From Polyangiaceae bacterium (GTDB lineage Bacteria > Myxococcota_A > Polyangia > Polyangiales > Polyangiaceae), in assembly GCA_965222375.1 (NCBI GenBank), contig CBDCTZ010000014.1, positions 192,001 to 256,000 of the forward strand: 64,000 nt of DNA. The letters are read 5' to 3'. Made by a program: the position numbers and the translations under genes. Under the pieces are notes generated by a model. It saw only the letters and a list, made by a program, of their open reading frames with translations, made no database searches and was not told where the DNA came from. Position 1 is the stretch's first letter. Each line of letters begins with the position of its first letter. Shown here piece after piece: positions 25,358-36,288 of the stretch.

Positions 25358-27709
25358 TCAGTCCGTGTCGGTGATGATCTTCAGCGCGGTCTTGCCCTTG
25401 GAGTCGGCACTGGGGACCCACTCGAGGCCATTCGGTGCGCCGAAGTCTTCCAGGGTATCCGTGATGTCGTCGCCCTTGAGCTGACCGATGGTCGCCATGG
25501 AGGCCACCATCTGGTCGAGGACCCACACTGCGCCGTCCAGGTTCTCCTTGATGGTCGCGTCGGCACCGCCGGCCGCTTCGTTGGCCTGACGCAGCTCTTC
25601 GACCCGGTCCGTGAACTGGGAGATGGTCGTCAGCTCGATCTGGACTTCGTTCACGAACATGCTGTGAAAGACCTTGCACGCGGGCAGGTCGTTGCCCGGG
25701 CCGCGTACGTCGGCGGGAATGCTGCGCCAGGCGGCGGGGGTCAGCATTTCCGTGAAGTCCATGGTGTCGATGATGAAGTTGCCGCCGGGTCGCGACGAAT
25801 CTGGGATGTAGTACTCGCGAGCCACGTCGAAGTAGATCGCGTTGGCCGTGGTTCCCGCAGCCTCGATCATGCGTTGGGACGTCTTCATCACGCTGAACTC
25901 CAGGTGACGCCCCAGGGCGGCCCAAATGGTCTCGTTCAGCGCCTCGTAGTTGTTGAAGTCGTTGTTGCCGTCGGCCAGCTGCTGCCCCGCGTAGGCGTTG
26001 AACTCGTCCCACTTGGCGGCACGCTCCGTCGCCGGCAGCGCGTCGATGGCCAGGTACAGGTCTCGAAAGGCGCCCGCCGTGGTCTTGACGCGCAGGCTCG
26101 GGTCCAGGGACTCCTGCCAGAGTTCGAACATCCCCTCGAAATCGTCGTAGTCGAGGCCGCTGGTGCGAGTGACGATGCGATCGACATCGTCCATCGCGTC
26201 GCCGAGCTCGTGGTACACGGCGCTGGTTGCGTCTGCCACGATCTTGCGAGTCTGGAGATCTTGCATCGACGCCGGGGCGTTGCCGCTCGCGTTGAAGTCC
26301 GTCACGAACACGACTGTGTCCTGGGTGACGGTTGCGCCCAGCACCTGCTCGAGCTGGGGCTTGGCCCGCTCGAACACGGCGCTGTCATCGAGCACCTTGT
26401 TCAGCTGGTCGAGCACTCCTTGAGCTGACGCCACATCGCCAGACGAGAGCTCGCCGGAGTCGATGGCAGCCTGGATGATCTGAGCCGCCTGCTGGCCGCG
26501 GGTTTTGGCGTTGTCGTGAACGCTCTTCATCTGGTTGTTGCTGACCATATTCAGGTGGTAGCGAGCCCGGGCGCTGCGCAAGAACACTTTGGAGTCGAGC
26601 GCCATGATGCCGGTGACGTTTTCGAAGGTCTGAAGCTTGTCCAGCTCCGTGAGCTTCTCGTACACGGCTTTGACCGGGGGCATGCCCTGGTTCCAGTCCA
26701 CGTTACCGGCGCGGATGTCGTCTTCCATCGACAGGACTGCGTCGTCGCTGGGGCTGTCTTGGCGAATGTCGATCTTGCCCGCGCGCTTGATTCCGAACTC
26801 GTCGGTTTCCGAGTCGAACTTGGCGGCGATGAGCAGCCGACGGATCGTCGTCGCGTCGTCCCAACGCTTGCGGCCGCGGACTTGCATGCCGTTGTCGAGC
26901 AAGTCGTAGTCTTTGGTGTCGTAGTAGATGTCGTCGTTGATGTCGGTGCCCGTGTCGAGTTCCCGCTCGCCGTCATTCGGGTCGATATCGAAGTTGCCAG
27001 GCTCGATGGTGTACGACATGTAGGGCATGGACTCCCGAGCATCGTGGGCATCGCCGTCCCAGGGGATTTCGTCGAGGGGGTAGGAGAAGGCGAAAGCCTC
27101 CATGACCTTTGCGCGAGTGACGCGATTGAAACCGGTGCGTCCGCGGTTGTCGGTGTTCTTGAGGGCGGCGCGCAGCTCGGCGCCAGTGGCGCCCGCTACG
27201 GTCAGCGTTGCCTCCATCTCCAGGGCGTCGCGGCTCCAACCGCTGGGAGGTTGGCCCGCCCAGGTCTCGGCATTGATGTAGGGGCGACCGTCGGACAGGT
27301 CCAAAGTGCACTTGGGTTCGACGTGAGCCGCGAGGGCCTTCAACGCGATGGGGCCGACCCAGGGCACTGCGTCGAACTCGGCAAGGTCATCGAAGATGTT
27401 GTCGTCGGCGGTGCCGCACTCGCCGTCGGGACCGAGGCGATGCGCCAGGATGTTGTTGGCGGAGCGCGTGTGCAGCCCGACCTGGTTGGTCAAGAACTCC
27501 AGGGAGGTGCCGTCGTTCAGGGCGTGCAACGACTCGCGCAAGACGCAGGCGTCGTAGCCACCGCCGGGTCCGTCGGCTTTGCCGATACCAAAGGTATCGT
27601 TCTCGCCATCGAGGCCGGGCTCGTTCGACGATCCAGGTCCGTCACTGCTGCTACAGCCCCCTAGGGCCAGCATCATGGTCGCGAGAACTCCGAATCCAAG
27701 CTTGTTCAT
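25358..27709 (-). CDS. Lipoprotein with GKADG motif, helix-hairpin-helix-like region and CYTH-like domain
   Basis: Lipobox LGGC; GIGKADG; LAEFDAVPWVGPIALKAL; DIYYDTKDYDLLDNGMQVRGRKR; GGAG RBS. Confidence 0.7.
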   Translation of the reverse strand: MNKLGFGVLATMMLALGGCSSSDGPGSSNEPGLDGENDTFGIGKADGPGGGYDACVLRESLHALNDGTSLEFLTNQVGLHTRSANNILAHRLGPDGECGTADDNIFDDLAEFDAVPWVGPIALKALAAHVEPKCTLDLSDGRPYINAETWAGQPPSGWSRDALEMEATLTVAGATGAELRAALKNTDNRGRTGFNRVTRAKVMEAFAFSYPLDEIPWDGDAHDARESMPYMSYTIEPGNFDIDPNDGERELDTGTDINDDIYYDTKDYDLLDNGMQVRGRKRWDDATTIRRLLIAAKFDSETDEFGIKRAGKIDIRQDSPSDDAVLSMEDDIRAGNVDWNQGMPPVKAVYEKLTELDKLQTFENVTGIMALDSKVFLRSARARYHLNMVSNNQMKSVHDNAKTRGQQAAQIIQAAIDSGELSSGDVASAQGVLDQLNKVLDDSAVFERAKPQLEQVLGATVTQDTVVFVTDFNASGNAPASMQDLQTRKIVADATSAVYHELGDAMDDVDRIVTRTSGLDYDDFEGMFELWQESLDPSLRVKTTAGAFRDLYLAIDALPATERAAKWDEFNAYAGQQLADGNNDFNNYEALNETIWAALGRHLEFSVMKTSQRMIEAAGTTANAIYFDVAREYYIPDSSRPGGNFIIDTMDFTEMLTPAAWRSIPADVRGPGNDLPACKVFHSMFVNEVQIELTTISQFTDRVEELRQANEAAGGADATIKENLDGAVWVLDQMVASMATIGQLKGDDITDTLEDFGAPNGLEWVPSADSKGKTALKIITDTD

Positions 27710-27896
27710 TGCATTACTCCTGTGTCCCACAGATGCCTACATGTCACTACATGCGGTCCCGAAGCGCAACCATTCTGCGCAAAACACCGTTACTACTGGA
27801 ATCATGCGCTTGGGACGGAATTGAGTCCGGCCCAGCACCCCGTCGGGTATCACGAAGCGCGTGGCTCGACCTCAAAACCAAGGACTCGAAGCCAAT

Positions 27897-28820
27897 TCAG
27901 TAGTGGAAGTCGATGGAGTAGGGGACGCACTCGTTCTTGGCCGGCAAATCGACGCGGATGTAAACCTGGCTGCTGTCATCGAAGCCGGTGCAATTGGGGG
28001 AGGCTTTCAGGGGACCGCCGGTCGGCGAGCAGCAGCCGGGGCCGGGACCGGTGCTGGAACTGATCGAGCTTCCCTTGCAGCTCACGCTCACTCCTGGACA
28101 CACGAAGTACATGCAGACCCAGGCGTTCACGTCCAAAGTGACCGCGGGGTCGACGAAGCAGCTCACCTCTTTGCCGGAATAGGTGTACCAGTCGACATCG
28201 CCCGTGCCGTCGAGCTTGGCGAAGACCTTCTTGCCCGTGCTGTCGCAGCTGGTAATGCCCGGGCCGACCTCTGTTGCGGTGGCCGAGGTCTCGTTGGGCT
28301 CGAAGCCCTGATCCGTGCAGCTCGCGCCGCCAGTGCCGCCGCCGGTACCGCCGGTTGCGCCGCCGCCGGTTCCACCGGTTGCGCCGCCGCCGGTTCCACC
28401 GGTTGCGCCACCGCTGCCACCCGTCGCGCCGCCCGTGCCACCGGTCGCACCACCCATTCCACCTGAGGCACCGCCAGTTCCCGCGGTACCACCCGTCGCG
28501 CCGCCGCTGCCTGCCGCTCCACCGGTGGCTCCGCCCCCGCCGCCGCTTGCGCCCGCGCTCCCCCCGGACGCGGCGCCACTGCCGCCGGAGCCGGCACTTC
28601 CGCCACTACCCGACGCCATGCAGCTCAGGCCATCGGCACTGCAGACCGCATGAGTCGTGGGACAACACCCGAGCAGCTTGCCGTCCGCGGCGCGGCACTC
28701 GATGGGCGTGCTGCCCGAACAAGAGCTGGGGCCGCTGCCACTCGAATCGTCTGAGCCACAGCCGGAGACCGCCGCGGCCGAAAGCAGCACCAAGAGCCAG
28801 GAGAAGGTTGTGTTTTTCAT
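27897..28820 (-). CDS. Cys-rich lipoprotein with long Gly/Thr linker
   Basis: Lipobox VSGC; GGATGGT repeats; DQGFEPNET...DVDWY motif; ATGA overlap with the upstream gene. Confidence 0.8.
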   Translation of the reverse strand: MKNTTFSWLLVLLSAAAVSGCGSDDSSGSGPSSCSGSTPIECRAADGKLLGCCPTTHAVCSADGLSCMASGSGGSAGSGGSGAASGGSAGASGGGGGATGGAAGSGGATGGTAGTGGASGGMGGATGGTGGATGGSGGATGGTGGGATGGTGGGATGGTGGGTGGASCTDQGFEPNETSATATEVGPGITSCDSTGKKVFAKLDGTGDVDWYTYSGKEVSCFVDPAVTLDVNAWVCMYFVCPGVSVSCKGSSISSSTGPGPGCCSPTGGPLKASPNCTGFDDSSQVYIRVDLPAKNECVPYSIDFHY

Positions 28821-30055
28821 AGTGCTGGAGGGAAAAGGGTGGTGTTGATTTGCGGTTTGGTCGTCGCGCTGCTGACTAGCTTCCAGCTGCCTTGATTCAC
28901 CTGGATGTCGATGTCTTTGATGTTGGTGTCGCAGCGCATGACCATGGCTTCGAAGGGAAGATCCTGAGCGGGGAAAATGGCGCTCACTTCGTCCGGCGTC
29001 AGGTCCGAAACGGGGAAGGTCTTCCCATTCACTCCCAGGAAAGCGTCCGACGTACTCGAGCTGCCGACGTTCGCGCCCAGGAAAGTCCAAATGCCGTCAG
29101 TGACGGCATCATCGAGTTCACGCATGCCGAAAGAGCCGCCGCTGTGTGTGACGGTGCCAAGGTACAGGACGATGAAGTTGAACTGGTCGCTGAGCAGTGT
29201 GCCGCCGTTCTTGTCGAAACCGTCGACGTCTGTTACGGCGAATTGGTTGTTGTTGGTCGGATCCGTCCACCGGTTGAGCTGGGCGCCGGCCACGATGTCT
29301 TCCCCGAGCACCGCCTCGGTGCTCTTGCCGCGAGCGAAGTTCCAGATCACGCCATAGTTAGGCGTGGTGAATGTGCTGCTCTCGCAGAGCGCCTTCGCCA
29401 TGGCGCCACCGGTGGCGAAGACTCGAACGATTGCCGTCAAACCACTCGTTGGCGCCGGCCACGCGCCTTCCTGGTAAGTCTCTTTGGTCCCGCCTTGCGT
29501 CACTTCCAGGGTGCGCGGCGAACCCGGCAATACTTTCACCGTGAAGGTCTCTTTCTTGCCGTTCTCGGGGTCGTTGGGCCAACCCGCGGGCACAGTCACC
29601 GTCGTATCCACGGTTGCGCCGTCGCTGGCGATCTGCATCACACGCATCCGGCGCCGGAACGCCGGGCCGAAGGGGTTGCGCACCTCGGCCCAGAACAGCG
29701 AGCCCGCGTCGAACTCCATCTGGATCACCCTCTGCTTGCCGTTGCGGGTCTGCATGCCGCTCCACTTGCTCTTGCCCAGAGCAGCGAGCAGGGCAGCCGC
29801 TCCGCCGCCGCTACCCGCGACGCCGCCAGAGCCGCCCATGGCGCCGGCGCCGCCAGCGCCACCCATCATGCCTGCAAAACCGCCACTACCCGCCCCGCCG
29901 CCGGTCCCCGAGCTTGCGCCCGAACCGGCCCCGCCACCGAAGCCACCCACGGCGCCCGTTCCACTGCCGCCGGTGCCCCCCGGGCCACCGCCATCGTCGT
30001 CGGAGCCGCACGCTGCCAGAGCGCAACATGCAGCAAGCACTGCGAAACGATTCAT
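28817..30055 (-). CDS. Gly-linker lipoprotein, unknown function
   Basis: Lipobox LAAC-GSDDD; ATGA overlaps at both ends. Confidence 0.8.
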   Translation of the reverse strand: MNRFAVLAACCALAACGSDDDGGGPGGTGGSGTGAVGGFGGGAGSGASSGTGGGAGSGGFAGMMGGAGGAGAMGGSGGVAGSGGGAAALLAALGKSKWSGMQTRNGKQRVIQMEFDAGSLFWAEVRNPFGPAFRRRMRVMQIASDGATVDTTVTVPAGWPNDPENGKKETFTVKVLPGSPRTLEVTQGGTKETYQEGAWPAPTSGLTAIVRVFATGGAMAKALCESSTFTTPNYGVIWNFARGKSTEAVLGEDIVAGAQLNRWTDPTNNNQFAVTDVDGFDKNGGTLLSDQFNFIVLYLGTVTHSGGSFGMRELDDAVTDGIWTFLGANVGSSSTSDAFLGVNGKTFPVSDLTPDEVSAIFPAQDLPFEAMVMRCDTNIKDIDIQVNQGSWKLVSSATTKPQINTTLFPPAL

Positions 30056-32247
30056 GATTGCTCCCGAGTCTTCTGACTTCGCCTACGTGCCACTGCAAGG
30101 GACAGCCCCAGCAGAACTAGCAGCTGCGGTGTGGACCCATTGTTCGGAGTGGTGCGACAGCCACAGCCACCCGAGTCCTCCCCGCCGCTCGACGGCAGTT
30201 GAGAGCCGACAGAAGCGCCGCTGCCGCCGTTTGCGCCGGTGCCGCCATTGCCACCCGCGCCGCCGCTACCGCCGATACCCGGCGGGGGATCCGGTAAGCC
30301 CGTAATGGTGATGCCCGTGCAGGTCGCTGGCTTGTCGGAATGCTCAGGCGGGTACGACCGACTCAAGCTACCGTGGTGCTCGCTGCTGCTGACCAGCGTG
30401 TCCAAATCCGTCAGGGCGCAATTGATCGTGGTCGGGCTCGAGGTGAACGAAGACAGAGAGCCGTCATGGCATTCGATGGGGCTGTCGTCGGAAAGGACCG
30501 CCGTGTGGGTCGTGCCGTCGCTAGTGCGGACGCTCATGGCGCCTATGGCGTCGATGCCGAGGGGAAACACGGCTTCGGCTAGGTAACTGCAAGCACCCAC
30601 TTGCATCCAAGAAACGGTGTGGGAGGCATCGAAAGTGGCGGCGCCAATGCCAATCGGGTCACTACCGATGGGCAGCACTGCACGATGATCCGCGATGGAG
30701 ACGCTAGCGATGTTGAAAGAGTGGCCGTAAAGCCCGCTCTCGAGGATGTTGTCGAGCACCGTGCCACCCAAGGTCGTGGGCGCGTAGGTGGCCAAGCGGT
30801 TTTCAAATTCCAGCTTGGTCGCTGGGAACTCCTTCTTGTATTCGTCGATGAGGGAGCCGATGAACTGCTCGGCTTCCTCGATGGCGTACTTCTTCACCGC
30901 GTCTTTCACGGGCTGAATCACCGGGTCGAGCAGCGCAGCGATCAGGCTCGGCACCTGGATGTTCACCCCCACGGCATTCAACGCGTTCTGCAGCGATATC
31001 AGCCACTGCGGCAACAGCGCTTGGGTCAGAGCAGCGTAGTCGATGGTCGTGAGGTTGTTGGACCAAGTGGTCATTGGGCCAAACAGACCGGCCAGCTCCG
31101 CTTTGGTGACCGACAGCCCGTCGGTGCCCGGCGCGATGGGCTCGTTGAGTTTGTTCGAGAGGTTCTCGACCGTGTCGAGGTAAGCCGGCAAGAACTTGAA
31201 CAAGTCGTCTCGCAGCTTGTCGCTCAGCTTGTCGAAAGCTGAGGGCAGCGGGTTATTGCCAGCGTCGAAGCGTGGCTCCAGCAAGCCGACGTAGACTTTG
31301 TACTTGGCATAGATGGTCGGGCACGAGGCCCAGCACGCTGTCTTGTCGTCGCTGGTGCCCAGTTTTCCGTCCGTTCCGGCGGTCACGCCCAGCTTGGCGC
31401 CGTCGGGGGTGCCCGGATTCTGAAGATCCGCGATGGTTTTGGTGACGCTGGCGCGGGTGGCCACGCGCTCGTCGTCGATTTCTCGCAAGTACAGGGGCGT
31501 CAGCACCAAGTGGTCCGCTGGCGCCAGGCCCGCGTTCTGGATCACCGTGACCAAGGTGGCGCCGGGGTTGGCCTGCTTCGACGCGTCGAGCTTGCTCTTG
31601 GCGTGTTTGGCGACCAACTGCCAAAGCACGCTCTTTTCGTCGAAGTACGCCCGCTGCACGAAGCTCTTGGGAATGGTGTGGCTCAAGCGCGTGCCTTCGA
31701 AGGCCGTAGGCGCCTTGGTCAACAGCGCTTCCTGGATCATCGACTCCGCCGCGATGTGGCGAATGACGTTGGAAAAGTCCGAAGCGCGATCAGCCGACAG
31801 GGGGTTCAGGGTGAAGGTCTCCCCGGTCATGTAGTTGACGTAGTGGTGGGCCACGGCGTCTGTGGAGCCATGCAGGAAGCAGCCCATGGCGTAGGCTTTC
31901 TCTGCCGGGAGTAGCGCTTCCTTGTACAAGAGCTCGCATTGCTCGAAGGGTCGCTGTCCAATGGCGTGAGATGGATCTGTCATCCCCGGGAACGCCGTGT
32001 TGTCGGGCCCAACGGCGCCGGCGCGAAACTCCAGCGGGTGGTTGCGGATCGCGTCGGCGTCTTCTTGGCTCAGGGTGACGCTGAAGGTGCCGAAGCGCAG
32101 GGGTACATCGTTGGTGCCACTCGCGATCAGTGAATCCCTCAAGTCATTGGCCAGAGCGATGTGCACTCGAGTACTGAATGCATCCGCATCGCCCGAGGCC
32201 GTTAGCAACAAACCACCCAGCGCCGCTCCTAGCACTCGCTTAAGCAT
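30052..32247 (-). CDS. Zinc-dependent phospholipase C-like protein with MYXO-CTERM anchor
   Basis: Signal peptide then FSTRVH; GAVGPD; YAMGCFLHGSTDAVAHHYVN; RHIAAES; C-terminal GGCGCR...LLVLLGLSLAVARRR. Confidence 0.75.
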   Translation of the reverse strand: MLKRVLGAALGGLLLTASGDADAFSTRVHIALANDLRDSLIASGTNDVPLRFGTFSVTLSQEDADAIRNHPLEFRAGAVGPDNTAFPGMTDPSHAIGQRPFEQCELLYKEALLPAEKAYAMGCFLHGSTDAVAHHYVNYMTGETFTLNPLSADRASDFSNVIRHIAAESMIQEALLTKAPTAFEGTRLSHTIPKSFVQRAYFDEKSVLWQLVAKHAKSKLDASKQANPGATLVTVIQNAGLAPADHLVLTPLYLREIDDERVATRASVTKTIADLQNPGTPDGAKLGVTAGTDGKLGTSDDKTACWASCPTIYAKYKVYVGLLEPRFDAGNNPLPSAFDKLSDKLRDDLFKFLPAYLDTVENLSNKLNEPIAPGTDGLSVTKAELAGLFGPMTTWSNNLTTIDYAALTQALLPQWLISLQNALNAVGVNIQVPSLIAALLDPVIQPVKDAVKKYAIEEAEQFIGSLIDEYKKEFPATKLEFENRLATYAPTTLGGTVLDNILESGLYGHSFNIASVSIADHRAVLPIGSDPIGIGAATFDASHTVSWMQVGACSYLAEAVFPLGIDAIGAMSVRTSDGTTHTAVLSDDSPIECHDGSLSSFTSSPTTINCALTDLDTLVSSSEHHGSLSRSYPPEHSDKPATCTGITITGLPDPPPGIGGSGGAGGNGGTGANGGSGASVGSQLPSSGGEDSGGCGCRTTPNNGSTPQLLVLLGLSLAVARRRSQKTREQS

Positions 32248-32590
32248 GGCGAAGCCTATCACGTAACCTTCGAGACGCCGCTGCCTGGAGAGCTGGCGTT
32301 TTCCCTGTTGACCCCGCATTTGTCAGTGTTGGCCGTGTTTTTCGGAGGATATGCCGCCATCGGCGTCATCGACGGTTCATCCCTGCGCGTGGGGCGCTTT
32401 CATGGCTTGCGCGGGTCCGGTCCGCCACGGGTGTTGCTGCCCGTGCACGTGCCCTTGGTGCGGGCCGAGTGTTTCCGCTCCGGCAGCGTCGAGCCCAAGC
32501 GCATCATGGGTTCTCAGCGAGTTCTGGGGCTTGCTGCCCGTCCACGGAATCGACAAATGTGAAACCGGCGGTTCACCGGGGTCGAGATTC

Positions 32591-34573
32591 TCACCGGGCG
32601 TTGTTTTCGCGTCGTCGTCGCCGGCGTGCCATCAGCCCCAGCCCCAGCCCGAGCCCGAGCAACGCCGCCCAGCGCGCATTGGTGTGCGTGCCCAGAGCGC
32701 AGCCACATCCACCGCCAGCCAGGCTCAGGTTGCTAACCTCCGGCGTTGCGCCCGAGCCACCCGAGCCTGGAACGCCGCCGGTGCCCGAAGGAACGTCGTC
32801 TGCGGGATCATTGGGATCGGTTTCGCCGACATCGACTTTGCCGTTGTGGTTGGCGTCTTCGGTGCCGTCATCCACGCCGCCGCCGTCCGTGTCGCGAAGC
32901 AGGACCGACGTCGTCGTCGCAGGGTCTTCGTCGGGAACACAGTTGGCGTGGGGCTCAGGGCAATCACGGCCGGCCTCAGTGCCATCGAACAGCCCGTCCC
33001 CGTCGCTATCCGGGTCGAGGATGTTGGGCTTGCCGTCGCCGTCCGTATCGTCTGCCGGGTTGGGTTCAGCGCCGTCGAGCAAGCCATCGTGGTCGCTGTC
33101 GGGGTTGTCCGGCGCGGAACCAATGCTGATCTCCAATCCGTCGCTCAAGCCATCACCGTCGGTATCCGTGACGCTCGAGTCATCCGCTCCATTCCCGCTG
33201 GTGGGATCCGTTTCACCACCATCGACCTTGCCATTGCGGTTGAAGTCCTCCGAACCGTCGCTGACGCCACCGTCGTCGGTATCTGCATCGAGTGGATCTG
33301 TGGTGGTGGATGGATCTGCGTCCGCGATACAGTGGCCCTTTGTGGTGTCGGTGCCACTTGCACCACAGTCCTTGCCGGCTTCGGTGCCGTCGTAGAGTCC
33401 GTCGTTGTCGGCATCGGGGTCGAGGGCGTTGATCAAACCGTCCCCGTCGCTGTCCGTTCCCGGGCTCGTCTCTTCTCCATCGAGAAGGCCGTCGTCGTCA
33501 CTGTCACCATCATTGGGATCCGTGCCGATGGCAATCTCTTGCTCATCGGTCAGCCCATCGCCATCGGTATCCACAATGCCTGCGTCAGCCCCCCCTGTGC
33601 CACCAGCGCCCCCCGTGCCGCCATCGGATCCCTGCTGACACGTGTGTGAGGTTGGATCGCAGGTCTGCCCTCCTTGGCAATCCTGTGACGTCAAACACTC
33701 CACGCAGCTTCCGCTGCTCACGTCGCATTTGGGCAAGGCTGCATTGTTGCAGCTGGCGTCGCTGGTGCACTTCGCCACCGTGCAACCGTTAGCGCTGCAC
33801 TGCAGTGGATCGCTCGCAAGCTCCCCCAGCCCTGGCGCTTGGGTATAGGACCCAATGACGGCGAGATCCTTCGTCAGCGTCTGGCCATTGGCGCTCGACC
33901 CACAAATGAAGACCAGCGGGCCCGAAAGCTCGGTGCTGAGGCTCGCTTTCGCTCCCGTGAGATCACCAATCGAGTACGCCCAGTCGACGAAGAAGTCTGC
34001 ATCCACCGCTGGACTTCCGAACGTTCCCGGGTCGATCTTCACTACCCGATAGTTCTCGGGCGTTTGCGGGGATAGGTACTGAAGAACGTTGGTTTCCGCG
34101 TTGTCGGTGACGCCATTGGAGTTGGGCGTCGAGTTGTGCCACCACTGAACCGCGTCCTTGCCCGAGACACCAACGCCGTTGGCCATGGCCAAATACTCGT
34201 AGGCCGTGAGGTCGGAATCGACGTCGATCGCGCAGCCCCAGCCGAAGGGCGCAAGCTCCGTTCCCGGATTGTTCAACGGCGTCTCGTCTACACGCAGGCG
34301 GATGTAGAAGAAGCTCGCATCACGGTGAATGTAGACCATCGGACGGGCCGCGTCGCCAACGACGTCGAAGGCGCCCTTCTCATCGCCCTCTGGGTCACCA
34401 ATGGGAACCCCGCCTCGGGTCAATGCCGTCCACTGCGCGTCTGCTGGCCAGGTGGCAGGTCCAGCTGCAAGCGCCGATCCACTCAAGCAGACCGTCAGGC
34501 CCATGCCAGCCAACGCCAATGCTCGGCGGCGGCTCCCAACGAAGAAGTCGACGCGATAAGCAAGTTCCACCAT
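32591..34573 (-). CDS. Surface protein with Cys-rich repeat, Ca-binding DxDxDG repeats and MYXO-CTERM anchor (start uncertain)
   Basis: DTDGDGL.D..E...GTDP and DTDDGGV.DG.ED.N.NGKVD repeats; GGGCGCALG...[19 protein letters not shown]. Confidence 0.82.
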   Translation of the reverse strand: MVELAYRVDFFVGSRRRALALAGMGLTVCLSGSALAAGPATWPADAQWTALTRGGVPIGDPEGDEKGAFDVVGDAARPMVYIHRDASFFYIRLRVDETPLNNPGTELAPFGWGCAIDVDSDLTAYEYLAMANGVGVSGKDAVQWWHNSTPNSNGVTDNAETNVLQYLSPQTPENYRVVKIDPGTFGSPAVDADFFVDWAYSIGDLTGAKASLSTELSGPLVFICGSSANGQTLTKDLAVIGSYTQAPGLGELASDPLQCSANGCTVAKCTSDASCNNAALPKCDVSSGSCVECLTSQDCQGGQTCDPTSHTCQQGSDGGTGGAGGTGGADAGIVDTDGDGLTDEQEIAIGTDPNDGDSDDDGLLDGEETSPGTDSDGDGLINALDPDADNDGLYDGTEAGKDCGASGTDTTKGHCIADADPSTTTDPLDADTDDGGVSDGSEDFNRNGKVDGGETDPTSGNGADDSSVTDTDGDGLSDGLEISIGSAPDNPDSDHDGLLDGAEPNPADDTDGDGKPNILDPDSDGDGLFDGTEAGRDCPEPHANCVPDEDPATTTSVLLRDTDGGGVDDGTEDANHNGKVDVGETDPNDPADDVPSGTGGVPGSGGSGATPEVSNLSLAGGGCGCALGTHTNARWAALLGLGLGLGLMARRRRRRENNAR

Positions 34574-34911
34574 CGTCACGTGTCCTGTTCTCAAATCCGC
34601 AAACGTCCTGGTTCGATCCCCAGGCTCAGGTCAAGCACACAGCGTTCCAGCCTCATTCGCTGGCGTAACACCGCAATTTCCGGTGAGTCAACACGCCGAC
34701 GTGGCTGGCCGGTGTCGTATCGTGCCCACGGACTGGTGTAGCATGTAGACGACAGGGTCGAGCCGGGCCGAGCGAATTCCGCCATGCGGTCCCAGCTCCA
34801 GTGGTTGGTGCGAACTTTGGGTGAGGGGCTCTTGCGAGCTGCAGCGAGGTGTCATGGGTCCGCCTGGCTCGCAAGCATCGCAGCGGCTCGGCTTCGGCCT
34901 GACGACAATGT

Positions 34912-36288
34912 TCAGGGCTTGCGCGGCCCCGGTCCGCCGAAGGTGCTGCTGCCATGGCACATACCCTTGGCGTATGCCAAACGCGCTGCTTCTTCAGGGC
35001 CAAAGCTCTCTGCGAGGTCTTTTTCGAAGTCCTTCATCTCACCAGTGAGTGCCGTGAACAGTTTGAACACAGGGTGCTTGGCCACTGCGGGGTCGGCTTC
35101 TGCGCGGGTTCCGGCACGCACCTCCGCAACCTGACGCATCGCTTCGCTCGCCCCTTTGCTATCGGTGCGGCGCGCCATGTCGACCACGACATGGGTGCAG
35201 GTGTCCGCGCCTAGCACGTCCGCAACTTCGGCTTTGCCGATAGCCGCGATGCACAGCTCGCGCATCTGCGGCCAGATGCGCTCATGGGAGCGTTGATAGC
35301 TGGCCCGAATCGTCTCGGCATCTCCGGGCGCGAGGCCCAGCTTGTCGAGGTGCTTGGGCCCGGGCGTCCATCCCTCCTGCTTCAGGCATGGCACCCGGTA
35401 CTTGATGGTTCCTGTCTTGGCCAACTCGACCCAGTCGTTCTGATCCAGATCAAATTCGTTGCGATCACGAGGTGGCTTGCCATCCGTACGCCGCGCGAGC
35501 TCGGTCTGCGCGCTGACCAGCTGCTCTTCCAGCTTGCCCTTTTCTTTTTCCAAGCCCCGCAGCTTGCGGTTCAGGTTGGCGATGTCACCCGCCAAGGCGT
35601 CGTTGGCTCGGGATAAGTCCAGCTTGTCTTTGTCGCCGCCGGCTTCTTCGAGAGCGGCCTCGGCGCTGCTCAGTTCGTCGGCCTCGAGCTTTTTCGCGCC
35701 TTCGGGCCCGATGCTGCCACTTTCGCCTGCACCCAGGGTGACCCGCTCCTTCGCCCCGAGCAGCTGAACCTTGCCCTCGTATACCGTCACCACGGCGATT
35801 GCGGCGATGGCTGCCCCCGCCGATGCCGCCAAGAGTTGCTTCTTCATCTTCTTGTCTCCGGCTCTGGGCGAATTGCCCACCTGCACCCGGAAACACGTGC
35901 CAAGCACCTCGATGGTTCCCGCCGGCGTGTTGACCGAGAACTTTTCTCCCGGCTCGACCCGATAGAAGACGTCTCCCGTCGGCTGCTCCACGACGTCCCC
36001 GCGCCACGCGATCCGCGCGCCGGCCTCGAGCACCGCCTTGGCGCGATCGGCCACGCGCACTTCCATGCGCTGCTCGGCGCTGGCGCTTCCCGGCTTCGGG
36101 CCCCGCAACATGGGCCAGGTCACGACGAGGAGCGCCGCCGCGGCAACAGCCAAGGTCGCCACGGTCGTCGCGATGCGCCGCTGTCGTCGCTTCTCCGCCC
36201 GAACGCCGGCCATGGCCACGGTGCGCTGAGCGAAGTCCGCGGGCGGAGCGTCCACGGGCCAAGCGTCCTGCAGTTTCGACTTGTCCAT
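34912..36288 (-). CDS. FecR-like anti-sigma factor with coiled coil
   Basis: PPADFA..TM..GDVFYRVEPGEKFSVNTPAGTIEVLGTCFRV; VTVYEGKV; coupled to the sigma gene. Confidence 0.78.
   Translation of the reverse strand: MDKSKLQDAWPVDAPPADFAQRTVAMAGVRAEKRRQRRIATTVATLAVAAAALLVVTWPMLRGPKPGSASAEQRMEVRVADRAKAVLEAGARIAWRGDVVEQPTGDVFYRVEPGEKFSVNTPAGTIEVLGTCFRVQVGNSPRAGDKKMKKQLLAASAGAAIAAIAVVTVYEGKVQLLGAKERVTLGAGESGSIGPEGAKKLEADELSSAEAALEEAGGDKDKLDLSRANDALAGDIANLNRKLRGLEKEKGKLEEQLVSAQTELARRTDGKPPRDRNEFDLDQNDWVELAKTGTIKYRVPCLKQEGWTPGPKHLDKLGLAPGDAETIRASYQRSHERIWPQMRELCIAAIGKAEVADVLGADTCTHVVVDMARRTDSKGASEAMRQVAEVRAGTRAEADPAVAKHPVFKLFTALTGEMKDFEKDLAESFGPEEAARLAYAKGMCHGSSTFGGPGPRKP

Noticed and set aside
34607..34624. 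CCTGGTTCGATCCCCAGG resembles a tRNA T-arm
   Set aside because: No acceptor, D or anticodon arms can be folded around it
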